A stretch of 64,000 bases of DNA, taken from Takakia lepidozioides. Taxonomy: Eukaryota > Plantae > Bryophyta. The notes under the pieces were generated by a model. It did not search any database. It was not told the origin of the DNA and was given only the letters and a program-made list of their open reading frames with translations. The stretch's first letter is position 1. Each line of letters starts with the position of its first letter. Positions 11,929 to 25,805 of this stretch are shown one piece after another. The DNA lies in contig CM060731.1 in assembly GCA_030704615.1 (NCBI GenBank), forward strand, positions 61,628,001-61,692,000. The letters run 5' to 3'. Position numbers and translations under genes: made by a program.

Positions 11929-13777
11929 TCTCCGACTTCCCGGGTAACGATTTCCTCTCTAGATCGGCCTGTAATGCGGGAGACAAGAGACACGGACAGA
12001 AGGTTTTCAATGAAACAGTTGTCTTGTTGGACGATACTCTCCTCACGGATCTGCTAATTAATCTATATTTTGCTGGAGACGTTCTGTCCCGCAACACTCT
12101 AGTAGGCTTCCACTAGAGAAGTAAGAATGAGAGAGAGAGATGGAGACCATAAGTAGGATAGAATCTCCCAGCTGAGTAGAGACAGGGACAGAAACCCTGC
12201 TGAAGAGGAAAAAACGCGGACCCTTTCTGTTCGGTCTGATCATACGAAGAAAGTCCCAGAAGCCTAGTAACGAGAGGCCGTAGAGAGATGTAACTGAACT
12301 GACAGGGAGTGCGAACGTAACGAGGTGGGCTGCTTGCACTCTGGCGGCGCTACACATGGCCCCAAACATGGCGGCCATGCATCATACTTTCCGTGCTGCT
12401 AGATGCTTTATCCCTCCAAGAATATCCCTCGGAGCTAGCCGTCGTATGGACGACATCCATCCGACTTAGGTTGAGACTAAATGGATGAGCTTTACCGAAG
12501 GTCAGACGTGCGCAAGCGCGGTAAGTAGTCTTACTTGACCGCAGTCAAGAAACGGCGACACAGTGACCCGCGCGGCGTCCGTGCGGCAGACTGCGCGCCA
12601 CAAGGAGCTGGTCCCGGCGCCGCGGCTGTACAACCCGGCCCCTCATATCCTCGCCCTGAGTTTTCTTCCCACAACGAACAGAAATTGTCTCTGTTCGTCG
12701 CCTCAAGCAAGGCACGACAAATGAAAACTCTTAGGTCTTCGCTCCTGGCCGTGACGATTACCTTGTTCGCTCCGGGTCCGACGTCCAGACCCGACAATCA
12801 AAAGGACCCACCGTCCGACCTTGCTTGGACCCGGGCACGCGGCTTAAATGCGCAGAGCAGGGCAGTCGTTTGGGCCCCACCATCATATCACTCGATGTCA
12901 GTCAGCTTTTTGACTCAGTTCTAGTCATCGAGCCCATTTAAAAATCTCACTTCATTTTGTCACTTTGGACACGTCCCGTTCCGTCCCAGATCGATGCGAT
13001 GAAAAGTCTGCCATTGTTGTCATACGGATGAACTCTAAATTACGCGCTTTCTTGGGCACACCTAACTTTGTCAACCCACTCGTTCTTGTGAGACGAACGT
13101 TTCAAGCTTTCCAGGGAAGAATGTTTCAATGCAACTCAGCCTGATCTCACGTCATAACGGCCTCCATTGAGTTATTCCTATTGTTGCATCACCCCATAAC
13201 GTCCGCTAAATCGACAAATTTCAATGAACGACCGTCAAATACAAACATCGGTGTTTGGTGTTGGAGTGGTCCACTCATCCGCCCTGAATTGCGACAGAGT
13301 CCACTCCTTACGAACATGATGAGTTTGGTAGCGAAAGTGGCCCGCCCATCCAACTAATATCACCACACGACGAAGTCATCCGATGAAACAGATCCCTGAA
13401 CGACCCCATGACACAGTAGGACAGACTACGTCCGGCTAGTACCTCGTGGGCCCCAAGGCAGTCGCAAAACCGTCCAACAAAATGACGGCCGAACATGATT
13501 CGTTGGGGCCGGTCGGAGGATTTAGGGAGCACAAAGTTTGCATGACACTTGGCATTCGATAACTAATTATACATGACTCATACTTGGCCAAATGTACGTC
13601 GCTGATTGCGCGCCACCCGGAAAATATCAGTGGACTACAGGACCTGCCAGATATTTCCTTGCACTCCATTTGTTTTCAGTTTATACTTATGCTCACTTTT
13701 ATTCTTAAAAATAATAGAATATAAGATAAATATTTATAAAAGACCGAAATGAGGTGTAAAGCTCTATAAAGACGTCA

Positions 13778-13812
<35 letters not shown>
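13778..13812. repeat. (CT)n microsatellite, followed by a degenerate TA-rich tract (~13905-13980) and (TA)n at ~14106-14121
   Basis: Read directly from the sequence. Confidence 0.9.
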
Positions 13813-14599
13813 ACCTTTCGGCCTTCACGCCCGAAACTCAGATGTCAAATTGAGTTGGTGACTATGTAAGTGGGATTCCAATATGTGGTTTGCACTCAGA
13901 TTAATTTACTATATTATATACAGTATACATACTATACATATAATATATAATATATTATACTATATTATACTATATATTATTCCAGAGTAATGGTTCTTAA
14001 GAGAATAGGAAAAACTTAGACAGCCTCAAAGTGAGAAAGAAATACAATTAAATGGGGCAGTAATGGGGAAGAGGCTCTTATTTACGCTAGCTTCGGCTTG
14101 CCTCATATATATATATATATTAGAACGAATTTCACCATAATTTTGATGAAAATTTAGATAGGCTGCTATCAGAATCCTTGGTCTCAGTCAAAGCAAGTTT
14201 AGAGTATCCAGGTCCAGGAGCCCAAAAATAAGATAGACCAATCACATTTGGCCGTATGATATGAATTGTAACTTTATACTTGGGTGAAAATTTAGGGAGT
14301 TAAGTTCTGACATCACATGTGTGGAAACTGGAAATAACAAGGCCATACCCCAAATTTGGGTGGTGCACCCAAAATAGATGGACCTCCAACGTGCCTTCCA
14401 CTCTATTTCCTGACCCTGTTCTTCCTCCCATACTCTTATTTTTCCTTGTTTTCAAACTTCTAATCTACTTATGGCCCGCCGCCTTTTTCCAAAATAAGAA
14501 AAGGTGTATAGAGGTAGGACCCAAAGTTGTCCCCAAATCACATTATTTGAAGCAGAACTGCAAAATAAATCAGAGTCAATGTAACTGGCCAATTTTTTC

Positions 14600-16120
14600 T
14601 TTTTTATTTATTTTTAAGAAAACGACAGAGCCCCTTGAAAAAGAGCCGGCAGGACAATATAACCTCCAGGAAGGCCTACACAGAGGCAACTTCCAGCTGA
14701 CCAAGGATCACCAAGCAGGAAACCCAAGGACCCGGGAGTCAATAGGAAAGCCCAGATCTACCTTGTATGGCCAAGAGACGTGAAACTAGTAAGGTGGGCC
14801 TGCTTCAACAAGGACTCGCTCCTTTCTGCTGCCGACGACGCCAATCATCGTCAACATCTTCGGGGCCTCCGCTTTACGAACTGCAGGGATGCTGTTGTTG
14901 GTGTTTTACGGGTATCAATAGCAAGAGTTTTTATAAATCGATACCAGGGTAATATCAATACTGGTCTGGTATCAAAAAAACCCATAATATGTTAAATACT
15001 GAAAGGCCCACTTCTCACATAAATGTGTAGAAGCATGCTACTTATTGATTTTATTCCTCAAAGTATTCCTCAAGTTCCTCAAAGTATTGATACCAGGTTT
15101 TCCTCACAAAGGTACCAGATTTTCAACCACCTACCGGACTGGTAGGGTATCGTCCATAGTATTAGGAAGCATATACCAGGCCAATACGGGTATATGCCAA
15201 TGTTGGTCTGGTATCGTTTGGAGATACCAGGAGGGTCTTGGTAGTATAAAAATTTAGAGATGTCCCAAACACGGGTATGCAATAATAATAATAAACCCAG
15301 ATTTTGTTACTTGTAGGGTATCGATAATGCCAGCATTTCACTTTTGCAGACTTGGTATCAACAAGTGTATGAAAACCTTGATACCTGCTCATGTCAACTT
15401 CGAGTAAAGTATCAAAAATTTGCATTTTAGAGAGAAGCACACATTTTTTTTTAATAATTTGGCCTTGCATTTATAACCATTTTCAGTGCCACTGTTTTTC
15501 TTTCCAGCCACAAAGACTAATGCTGAATGCATCAGAGCACTAATACAAATAGAAACAAAACCATCTTCCGCCATCTCTAGGCTACGCGCATTGATACCTG
15601 AACGGCGATACCAACAACAGAGTTCCAGCGAAAAAAACTAGTAACAACATCAACAATGGTGAGCCGAGACCAGTCGGCTAGGGTATCGGCCTCTTCGAGA
15701 TCCTAATCATACCCTACATGTAGGTTACTCTACACATTTCCTTCCTATCTGGAACCGGCTGGTAGGGGCTTCCATACCTGGGTGCATAACCGGGTTGATA
15801 CCCGTATTTTTGTACATACCAGACCAAAATTGGTATATGCTAGGTAGTGGCCTGAGATGATTCCAGACTGGTCTGGTACTTCATACCAGTATACATACTA
15901 GTATTGATACCAGTTTCTTATTGGTATACCAGTCCAACACTGCTGCAGACGTGGTGCAGAGAGTGTCATCAAGTCATAGTGATCGTTGAACAGCTCCATT
16001 TCAAAATCAACAGCTATACATGATGTTGGCAACCCTCAGCTAGAGAGTCCTAATCTTGGCAGAAGCCATTACTGTCTTGAATTTAGATATGAAACAGATA
16101 TTTTCTGATTTGTCGCCTGC
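14600..16120 (-). mobile_element. Degenerate LINE 3'-end remnant split by an insertion at 14884-15942
   Basis: Flanks rejoin at CTGCAG. Minus-strand LFNDHYDLMT resembles the LINE tail LFNIYFDLMT at ~57450; the T-rich tract at ~14592-14615 is a candidate poly(A) tail. Confidence 0.45.
14884..15942. mobile_element. Non-autonomous DNA transposon, hAT-like
   Basis: Ends CAGGG.../...CCAACACTG fit the hAT-type CAGNG terminus. GATACC/GGTATC/ATACCAG motifs cluster densely toward both ends. CTG(CAG) is duplicated at the junctions, but there is no clean 8-bp TSD. Confidence 0.55.
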
Positions 16121-17801
16121 AAGGGCACGAGGAACATGTTTTTCCAGGGCTTCTTGTCCCCTGTTTGTTAAAGATTAAAAATCAAACATGTTAAAAAATA
16201 AGTTTTCACATTATAGGTAGTAACTATGGAGACCATTGGGATGGTCTATTATAACCTTTCTTTAATTTGATCAATTCTTTCCAAAAACATTTTTAAAAAA
16301 AAGAAAAAAAAAAGACCTCTCCTCTCCATTTAGGATGTTTCTCTGTTTTGAAGGAAACATCCAGGGGGAAATAAGAGCCGTCAGTGAGGCTAATAACAGG
16401 GACATAGCCTTTTGTTTTTTAAAACAAACTACTAATGTTGGATTTTATCTATCCACAGTTCTATAAATTTAGACAGAGCCTTACCCCTAACAAATACAAA
16501 CGTTTGAGGAAGAAAAATCATAAAAAAAGAACCCACTATATATGTCATGAGCCTATAATTTGAAAGTGAATATCTCCCCTTTGGAAGAAAATTTAAAAAA
16601 AAAATATTAAATTATTTTTTGTAACTGCATAGTAGTTGACATGTTTTTATTCCCTAGGGCTAGAAATTAGATGATGTTTGACTGTGCTCTATAAATGCAC
16701 TAGTGCCTCCCTACCAAACTTAGGCTCCAGGGAAAGTGAGTCCAAAGATAATTAATAATATTCTTTTGCGGAAAAGAGATGGGTAATCTACTGGAAAAAT
16801 AAAAATAAAAATAAAAAATCTACTGGACATTGGAAATGAAGAAAGAAGCATGGTACACGTGATTTTATTTTATTTTATTTATTTATTTTACAGAACAGGG
16901 GATAGGGCCCTGGAATTTATTAATTGGATGGATGAAGGTACAAAGAAGTGGAAAAAAACATTTTATTTTTTTTATTTTTATTTTTATTTTTTGAAAGGGA
17001 AGTGATTATCAGTGTAAGCAAAGGTTCACAAAAGCGAAACTTTCCATCTTGGTTTTCGTAATTCGCATCTAAGGCCGGACTGTGCGGAAAACTAATGTAT
17101 GTCATTCATCCAAACAAATTTGTATGGGAGGTAATAGGAGTCGGAGGGTAGAAATGAATAGTCGTATTGCAGTAAGCCTGCGAGGTGACCCACAACTCCA
17201 TTTTAGCACTTGTGCAATACATGTCATAGACATCAAGATCTGTCTACAATGGTCTAGAGAAGTATGGTTGATCAATGACCTCTGTTGCACGAGGCTAAAA
17301 CGGAATGTGCTATCACCGACCAACCTCGTACTCTAAGGACAATACGGATCGTGCTATTTGGATTACTCAAGAAGCCCATTTGTACCCTCTAACTCCTGTG
17401 AAACACACATATGGGAAAAAAAGTTGATGCATGAGGTACATCACTTTAGGGAAATTAACAAAGATCGGCCTTACATACGAATTGCAAAAACCAAGTCAGA
17501 AAGTGATTGCGTTTTGTACACCGACATCTGATAATGTTAGCTCACATTATGCATTTGCTTGAAGACCCAAACTACATACATTGCAACGGGCTTGCACACC
17601 AACGTTATCCATCTCTGTCAACGTGCGCAATTTGCTCATTTTTATGTTGCAAAAAGAAGTCCTACCATAACGGACACAGGCCTAGTTTGGTGTGCATAAA
17701 GTAACATAAATCTGCATTTCCGATGCTCTGCTACTCTCACAACTTGACACATGATGACTTTTGAAACTTGTTTACCTCGCCCGCCTCCAACTTGTACGCG
17801 C

Positions 17802-17919
17802 CCAAACGCATAAGCTTTGGCACATGGAACTGCAAAGCAAATCTCGCCGGCCGCTTCCAACCAAACGCATAAGCTTTCGCACATGAAATGGTAAAGCAAA
17901 TCTTGCCGGCCGCTTCCGA
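17802..17919 (+). repeat. Two tandem 59-bp units upstream of DIS3L2
   Basis: CCAAACGCATAAGCTTT.GCACATG.AA..G.AAAGCAAATCT.GCCGGCCGCTTCC at 17802 and 17861. Confidence 0.9.
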
Positions 17920-18019
17920 CTTACGTAAATAATAACAATAATCGGCCACGCGCAATCAGTCGGGAAGTTGCAGAGCAGCTCCAAACAATGCAACACATTT
18001 TAGAGCAGGGAAACGTGAA

Positions 18020-18520
18020 GGCGGTAACGGCCCAGGCGGCGGCCCCACCCGCCCAATTATCAATCGCCGACCGTCAACCGACGGATCGCCGCCGGGCCTA
18101 CCACCATTCAAACACGGCGGGACACCCCGGGATCACAGCGCGGGCCACGTCACCCGTGCTCGGACGGCCGCGCCGGCCTCGTGCGGCCGGGTTCGGACTA
18201 GGGCTCACGGTAAAGTAATTGCAACGCTAGCCTGGGCGACCGGCCTAGCCGGTGGACAGAAAGTCGGTGCGTGCGAGGGACAGGGTGGGGCGGTGAAGGC
18301 AGGGTGAATAAATACAGGAATTACCGCGGCGACCCAGAGTACTTGTACAGAGCAGCGCAGAGCGACGGAAGGAAGGAAGGCAGGCAGGCGGGCAGGAAGG
18401 AAGGGAGGGGTAGCCAGAAGAGGACAGGAACGGAGCCAAGGTGGAGGCGAGATTGTTGTGGAGGTGGTGGAGGTCTGCGAGAGTGGAAACAAGGAGGAGG
18501 AGGAGGAGGAGGAAGAAGAG
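18020..18520 (+). promoter_or_regulatory. GC/CpG-rich promoter and purine-rich 5' UTR of DIS3L2
   Basis: CpG-dense block at 18020-18300, followed by GGAA/GAG repeats ending at the ATG at 18521. Confidence 0.55.
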
Positions 18521-21500
18521 ATGAAGCTGGGTGAGAGGAAGAAGGAGAAGGTACAGCAACAGTATCAGGCAGTGTCGCCGCCGGGAGCGGGGCTGTATCG
18601 GTCGATGTCATTGTCATCGCCAGGAACAATATCCAACTTTGAGAAGGATCTAGAGAGGAGAGAGGTAGTGGTGGGAGGATATGCGGGCACTCAATCCAAG
18701 TATTATTCTTACCCTGGTATGTCATCGGCCGTGCAATCGCCGGCCATGGGGATGAGTCCTGGATTTCTTGAGAAGGAGGGAGGGGTGAAGGGAAGGAAGC
18801 GTCCGGGGCGCAAGACGCGACGAGCTTCGGATGGCTATGGCTCCTCGCCTGATGGCCATGGCGCTTTGTTTCCACCTTCCTATCAAAATGGTTCGTATCT
18901 CCTTGGCTTCAGCTTTGCCACCTTGTGCAGCTTACACCCTTGAATCGTTTTTATGTGTTGAAGCTCCCCTTTCTTATACCTATCTTTGGTTCTGAGAATT
19001 TATGCTTGACCAATTGGGCCTGGCAAGACGTTGATGATGTCTTGTGCCTCTTCACTCGTCTGTTGGAAAGGTATTGTCATTTTATAGGGTTATCTCTGTC
19101 ATCACTTCATTTGCCCAGATCCTGCTTTGAACTTCTTGCCCTACATTGGAGGAAAACCTCCGAGTTGAGAAGATAGTACTTCCAGATATGTGAAGGTTGC
19201 GTGTTCAGATTATTAGCTCAGCGATCTTGATGCAGTTGTGCCATTTGCAAGATTTTTTTTTCCCTGTGAAAGGACAAGACTATAGTGCAAATCATCAAAG
19301 TTGTTTTCTTTGGCCCGTATCTGCAGCCTTGTTCCTGTAACCCTGCACCATGGACTGCGAGTGCTTCTTTTTCCCGACAGATTGTTTGGACACCTTGGCT
19401 GCATTTCGTTTTGAGAAAATCGTGATGCTGGTGATTTGTGAACTTCAAAGACATGAGGATTGAGAGACAGGGACTGTAAAGCTGGGGAAGAGAATGTCAT
19501 TAGCGGAGGCTTGTATGGTTTGCAACAAGTAAACTGGCCATTTCTCCCATCTGCATGGGAATATTAAGAACTTAGGGAGGAATAGGTGGGGATTAAAATA
19601 TTACCACCGACATGTCAATGTATTCTAACTTCAACCGCTTTTGGTCTTTGTCTGTGCTTGTACAGGAGATTTGAGGGAGGGAGGTTGTAAATTTCAAGCA
19701 GAGCAGGTGGCCAAGGAGGCCCCCCTGCGAGGGACTAACAATTATGCATCCCTGTTGTCTAGCCCCAGTCCTAGCTCCATCCCCAACCCTACCTTCAAAA
19801 CCAAGCTTACTTATGATACTCCTATTAGTTTACCTGCCATATCTGTTCCATCTGTTGGCCAGCTTTCAACAAGATCTGAAGGCAACCCTGTACAATTGTT
19901 TACCCCCCCTCCATCCCCCCACTCTGAGATTCCCCAAAGATCTGATGTGAAATATGTAAAGATGACTTCTTCCCTTACAACTCCAATGCCAGATGTTTCC
20001 CCAATGTTTGATATGATTAGTGCAGAGTCTGTCACCCCATGTGCAGCTACAAGACATGAAGTTCCTTGTGAAATTGCCACCACACCACCTGCAGCCCCAG
20101 TGGCAGAATTTTTCTCGAAATTCTTGTCTAATTCTTTGGAGACCTCTGTTGCAGCAGCTCAACAAGATTCCAGTAGTGAATCCAGTGCCAGCCCATCTGC
20201 TCAAGCAGAGAGTGGTTTTTTCTCAAACTCTAGTCCTGCTGTTGCTCCCAGCTTTGTAAGGACTGACGGCAGATCAGAGGTTACTGGCAAGGTTGACTAT
20301 GTTCCAATTGAGAAATCTAGGATTTCAAGGCCATCTGCAGCCATTGGAATACCAAGGACAAAAGTGAAACAGGTGACCATGACCAACGACATTACTGTTT
20401 TGAGAAGACATGGAGTGCCAGCTATGGGACCTAGGCAACATCCTGCTGAAAAAGGGATGAAGAAAGCATCTCCAGCTTGTGTGTCTGGGTCAGCATGCAG
20501 CCCACCTCGAGTGAATTTCACTCGGTCTACTGAAAGTTCAGGGCAATGGAAGATGGTCCCTGTTATGCCACATAAGGAAACAAATGATATGCTATCTTTG
20601 GAAAGCACAGGAGGTGCTGGCGAAGGACTTCTAGAAAGTCCTTGTTCGTGGCCTGGATCAAGCTTGCTTGGGTATCCTTTGGAGCCTCCCAGAAGCCTTG
20701 AGGTTGAAGGTTCTGGTTGTGCTCAGACTAGTGTTGTTCCTGTTCGATCAAGCCCCCAATCAAAATTGTTTCCTGAGCATTGGTGCTTTGACGAAGTCAG
20801 CAGAGCGATGGAGGTATGAAATCTGCTTAAGTGCATCTGTGTGGACCTATTTACACTCCTTGGCTTAAAAGTAGAAAATGCCTTTGTTCTTTGTGATGAA
20901 AAGGAAGGATTTTCCTTTATGTCATGGAATATGTTTGTGCCTTTTCTTTTCATGGTTAAGCAATTCATGAGTAAAAGTTGCTTGCTTGCCAGGATGGGTG
21001 ACATTTGTGATGGATCTGGAGGTTGGCACATGTTGCTCAACATCCACACAGGGTTTTAAAGAGGGGACCAAAGACCTCTCAAGTGGGTGGGAGTATTTCA
21101 TAGCATCAAGGAAAAAGCTTTAGTAGCATAGATTAGGATAAACAAGTTCTTTCAAGGTCAGTCTAATGCTTACGTATGCACTTGCTGCAGGCAGGGAAAC
21201 TCTTTAGGGCAACTCTTCGGATCAATTCACACAATCGCAGCGAGGTGAATCTCTCTCTCTCTCTCTCTCTCTCTTCAATTGAAATTAAAACTCAGGGTCT
21301 GGAGTCTAGGCTCCTTCGAACAAAAAGCAAATGCAGGGAGGAAAGGGAGAATGTCAAGACTTGATGTGCGGGTGGCTTGAAGACAACATCCATTCTCTGA
21401 CACAAAAGTCCAGGGTATTCTCATCAGAGAGTGACCCTCCTAAGGACCATCGAGAACATTGTCCCTGCACCTCTGTTCACCAGCCTTCAAAATCTTGAGG

Positions 21501-24500
21501 CTGAGCCTAAAGCCCTTGCCCTGTTTGGGCTAGAAAGACACACCAGATTGATGCTTGTGTGAAGGGCTTTCAGAGGAAATCTGGAAAGCCTGAAACAATT
21601 GTTTATATCACAGTCAGTCCTGTGAGCTCCTCTTAAAGGTAGTGTCCATTCCCTCTTGTCCGCCCAAACTCGGCATTGGGTCTGTGGCCACAAGTCTAAG
21701 GTAAAACACCGTCGTAGGAGTTCTTTTCTGTCTCCTTCCTCCTTTAGTCACATTCACCTTCTAAGGCCATGTTGGTTGTTCTGACAACCTGCCTTTGTGT
21801 TTTGTGATGTTCAAGGAGGACTACTTCACTGAAAGCAAAAGTCATGTATGTTCGTGTGTGCAGGCCTACGTGACCATTGAAGGATTGCCACTAGATATCC
21901 TCGTCGATGGGTCGTGTGCCCAAAATCGAGGAGTACGTATGTGTGGGGTCTTAATAACCCTATTGGATTTTGTTGGAAACTTTTTCTCCACCTTCCATGA
22001 AAATGCTGTTTATTTATTCGCTAGAAGAGTACCATCTCCTGAATCCAGTCTCTGTGTTCATTTCTCTTTTTTGTTTGCTGGGATTTTTTCTGATGATGGT
22101 ATTGTTGGGTGGCTGGGTGTTTCTGCAGATGGAAGGAGATGTGGTGGCAATACAGCTAGAGCCATTGTCAGCATGGCCCAGGCTCAAGGGCAGCAACAAT
22201 AAGCAGATGAACAATTGTCCATCCGGGGAGGTAGTCTTGAATTGCCCTGAAGCCCGGAAGGAGACGCAAGTTCAAATACTAAAAGACAGTGTGGAGGATA
22301 TCTTCAATTGCGATGGTAGACAAACAGCAGGATGGAGTGATTTTGGTCACTCTGAAAGTAGGGTTGAAGCAGGACTTGATGATGGGTGGGTAGCACATCT
22401 GCAGCAGAGGAGTGCAGAAACAGACCATTTGGGCATTTCTCAGAAGGATTCTGAAATCAAATGTGGTGGTATTCAGAAAGATACTGGTAACCTTGGCAGT
22501 GTGAAAGCACCGGGTCACCGCAACAGTCAGTTGACGGACAGGCGGATGGAAGTTGCTCGCAACACTGTTCTTCAAATTTTGAAAAGATCTGGAAACGAAC
22601 CTGCTCCAGGGGCTCAGCAGGCTAATGTGTATGCGAAGGTTGTTTCAAAAGCAGAGTTTGGGGGTCAAACAGGTGGGGGCATGGGAAGTATCATAGTATC
22701 AAGCACAGAGAAGGAGAATGAGGGTTTTGCACGACCCAGTGGTGCTGATTCAAATGGCAAGGTTGCAACAACCATAGCCAGACTTGCGTCGCTTATTGCA
22801 TCACTTCCTGGGAAAAGACCGACTGGAAAGGTAGTGGCAATTCTTGAAAAGTCGCCTCGTCGGGAAGCCGTGGTTGGGTTTCTGGAGATGCCACAACGTG
22901 CTGGAAACAGGTTTGGAGGAGGGAGGGGGTCAACCCCTGGACTTGAAGAGTCAGCCCAAAGAAAGAAAAAATTGGGGCCATTGACATTGGTGCCAGTTGA
23001 TGCCGGGTGTCCTAAAATGCTGGTGTTTCCCAATGGCCTTCCAGACAATTTACGTCAGCGTCTTAAGGATGGGGACCCTACAGTAAGTAATGAACTTGTT
23101 GCTGCCCGGGTGGATGTATGGAAGGCTGAAAGCTACCTTCCTGTTGCAGTCATAAAGCAGAGTCTGGGCCAAGGGGCGGAATTGGAGGCCCAAATGGCAG
23201 CTATCTTATTTGAGCATGCAATCCACAGAGTGGATTTTCCTCCAGCTGTGGTGGCATCCCTTCCTAAAGTACCGTGGAAAATACCCGCCTCGGAGATGAA
23301 GAAGAGGAGGGACTTGCGGGGCCTCCGCATCTTCTCAATTGACCCTCCAACTGCACGTGATTTGGATGATGCCCTTTCGATTGAACCGTTGCGTGATGGG
23401 GGACTGAGAATCGGTGTGCATATTGCTGATGTTTCATACTTTGTTCGCCCTGACACTGCTCTGGACAAGGAAGCTCAGACTAGGTCAACAAGTGTGTACC
23501 TCATTCAGCAAGTTTTGCCCATGTTGCCACGCCTCTTATGTGAAGAGCTCTGCTCCCTTAACCCTGGGGTTGATCGCTTGGCCTTCTCTGTCATGTGGGA
23601 CATAAACCCTGCAGGTGATATTATAGATCAATGGATTGGACGTACTGTTATACGGTCATGTGCGAAGCTTACATATGCACATGCGCAAGATATGATTGAT
23701 GGCACCTTTACTGACTATGAGGGTATGGAGGCCCGGAAGGGGTTGCTGGGCTCTGACATTGTGTTGCCTGAGATTCATGGTGACTGCAGCTGGTCAGAAA
23801 TTGTGGCTGATGTCCTCACACTCCATGAATATGCCAAGAAAAGGAGGAAGAGGCGTTTCGAGGGAGGTGCTCTTAAGCTGGATAACTCAAAACTTGTGTT
23901 TGCACTCGATGAAGATGGGTCTCCATATGACAGCATGATGTATAAAACGAAAGACTCAAATTTTGTGGTGGAAGAGTTCATGCTCCTTGCCAACATGACT
24001 GTGGCCTGTGTGATATCAAGTGCATTTCCCAATAGTGCACTTTTGCGACGACATCCTGAACCAAATGTGCGCAAGCTGAAGGAGTTTGAAGAGTTCTGCA
24101 GCAAGAATGGCTTTGACCTAGATGCCTCATCAGCTGGTTCTTTACACATATCCCTGGAGAAGATGCAAGAAAATGTGAAGCATGATCCAGTTCTGTTTAG
24201 CATTTTGATGCTCTATGCCACAAAACCTATGCAGTTGGCAAAGTACTTCTGTACCGGGGAACTGAAAGACAAAGAGGAAGAATGGGCTCATTATGCTCTT
24301 GCGACTCCCCTCTATACGCATTTTACCTCCCCAATTCGGAGATATCCGGACATCATTGTCCATCGCTTGTTAGCAGCAGCACTTGAGGCTGAAGCAATAA
24401 TAGGCACAGGGGAGGGCTTCATGCCACCAGTGAAGGTGAACAAGACAGTGGCATCTCCGGTTCTTGGAGATAGTGAGTTCGTCGACCGTTGCTTCACTGG

Positions 24501-25805
24501 CTCCCTGTCAAGAAAGGGGGGAACACTATCGGCGGATGCCCAGCAGGCACTGGCTTTGGCTGCAACTAAGCATAAGATTCCAGGCAGTTCAGAGCTTGCA
24601 TTAGTTGCAGCACATTGTAATGAGAGGAAAATGGCAAGCCGGAATGTGAAGGAGGCCAGTGATAAGCTCTACCTTTGGGCCATGTTGAAGAAGAAGCAGG
24701 TAGATTCCTGGATCTTGCGTAAAATCTCCCAACTCATACACAGCTTCAATTTAGTTCTTGAGGTAGATCAGCTTGTTGTTTGAATTGGGAAGAGGGATGG
24801 AGTGGCATGAGAACTAGATGAACATCTTTCTGTGGCTTCTTATTTACTTGGTGTTTTGCAGGGCTTGTTGTCAAATGCACGGGTGCTGGCATTGGGACCA
24901 AAATTCATGTCCCTTTATATCTGTAATATTGCGGTATGTTGGGCTTATCCACCCTTATTGTATCCTTGTCTTATGTATGTGTCACTGTTCTGAACGGGAC
25001 TAAGCAGTATGGCAGGTAGATTTTTGGTAGGCTATCAATGCTCAACCCTATATCATGCATGCCACATGTAATCTATTTTAGAGTAACCTGAATTTATGTT
25101 TTTGAAACTGCTGGATTGGCTTCATAACAATGTGTCGACTAATGGAGATGTGTTACTAGCTGAACTGAGTTGTAGGCACCGTTTACACTTTTGCAATTTC
25201 TGAAAACATTACAAGTTTGTATGGTAAATGTCAAGAGCATTTTGACCTCTGTGCATTAGTTTGTTCATGGTGAGTCCATAAAAATATATCTCGAGCTCTG
25301 CTATGACAGAATGTTATTGATGAGTGTGGAAAACTCGCAGATGGAGCGGCGCATATATTATGAGGAAATCGAGGGGGTGAATGCCGAGTGGTTTGAAGCA
25401 ACAGGCACACTTGTTCTTGATATCTCCCCAAAGAAAAGCACTCCTCAAAGACGGCCAAATGTGGGGAGACCCGGAAGGCCACAGCGAACAGTCGCCGATA
25501 TTGCCATGCTTGTTAATCCTGCAGCCGGAACCAGCTCCAACCCAGAGCAAGACAGCTACGACGATATAATCCGTGAAGTGGAGGAAAGGCTGGCAGGAAA
25601 AATATTCACTGATGATGATCCAGAAAATTATCCTGTGGGTGGTGCTGACCAGCTCACAAGTGATATGGAAGTGGAACCTACAGTCTTACCTTTGACCTTA
25701 CGGTTATTCTCAGCAGTACCTGTCTCCTTGCACGCAGTTGGGGGGGACAACCAACCGGTTGATATTGCAGTGCGCCTTTATGTCAGCTCATATGCCACTG
25801 CCTAG
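18521..25805 (+). CDS. DIS3L2: DIS3-like exonuclease 2 (RNase II/RNB family, SOV orthologue); exons 18521-18890, 19666-20813, 21191-21244, 21864-21932, 22129-24699, 24862-24933, 25341-25805
   Basis: All introns are GT-AG with consistent phase. Cold-shock domain [22 protein letters not shown]...QNR.MEGDVVA; intact catalytic [13 protein letters not shown]; GVHIADVS; VEEFMLLAN; [26 protein letters not shown]; S1-like C-terminus; no PIN domain. Confidence 0.95.

Noticed and set aside
12058-12924. ORFs of 88-131 aa upstream of the NTF2-like gene
   Set aside because: No recognisable motifs; consistent with GC-rich promoter/5' UTR sequence.
13301-13340. Hammerhead-ribozyme-like arrangement CCACTC...ATGATGA-GTTTGGTAGC-GAAA-GTGG
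   Set aside because: Core C3 is replaced by A and stem I has only ~2 bp, so it is likely chance; an Infernal search would settle it.
21970-22128. Hydrophobic, transmembrane-like N-terminus of the 937-aa ORF
   Set aside because: It is intron 4 of DIS3L2 read through; the exon starts at 22129 after TTCTGCAG.
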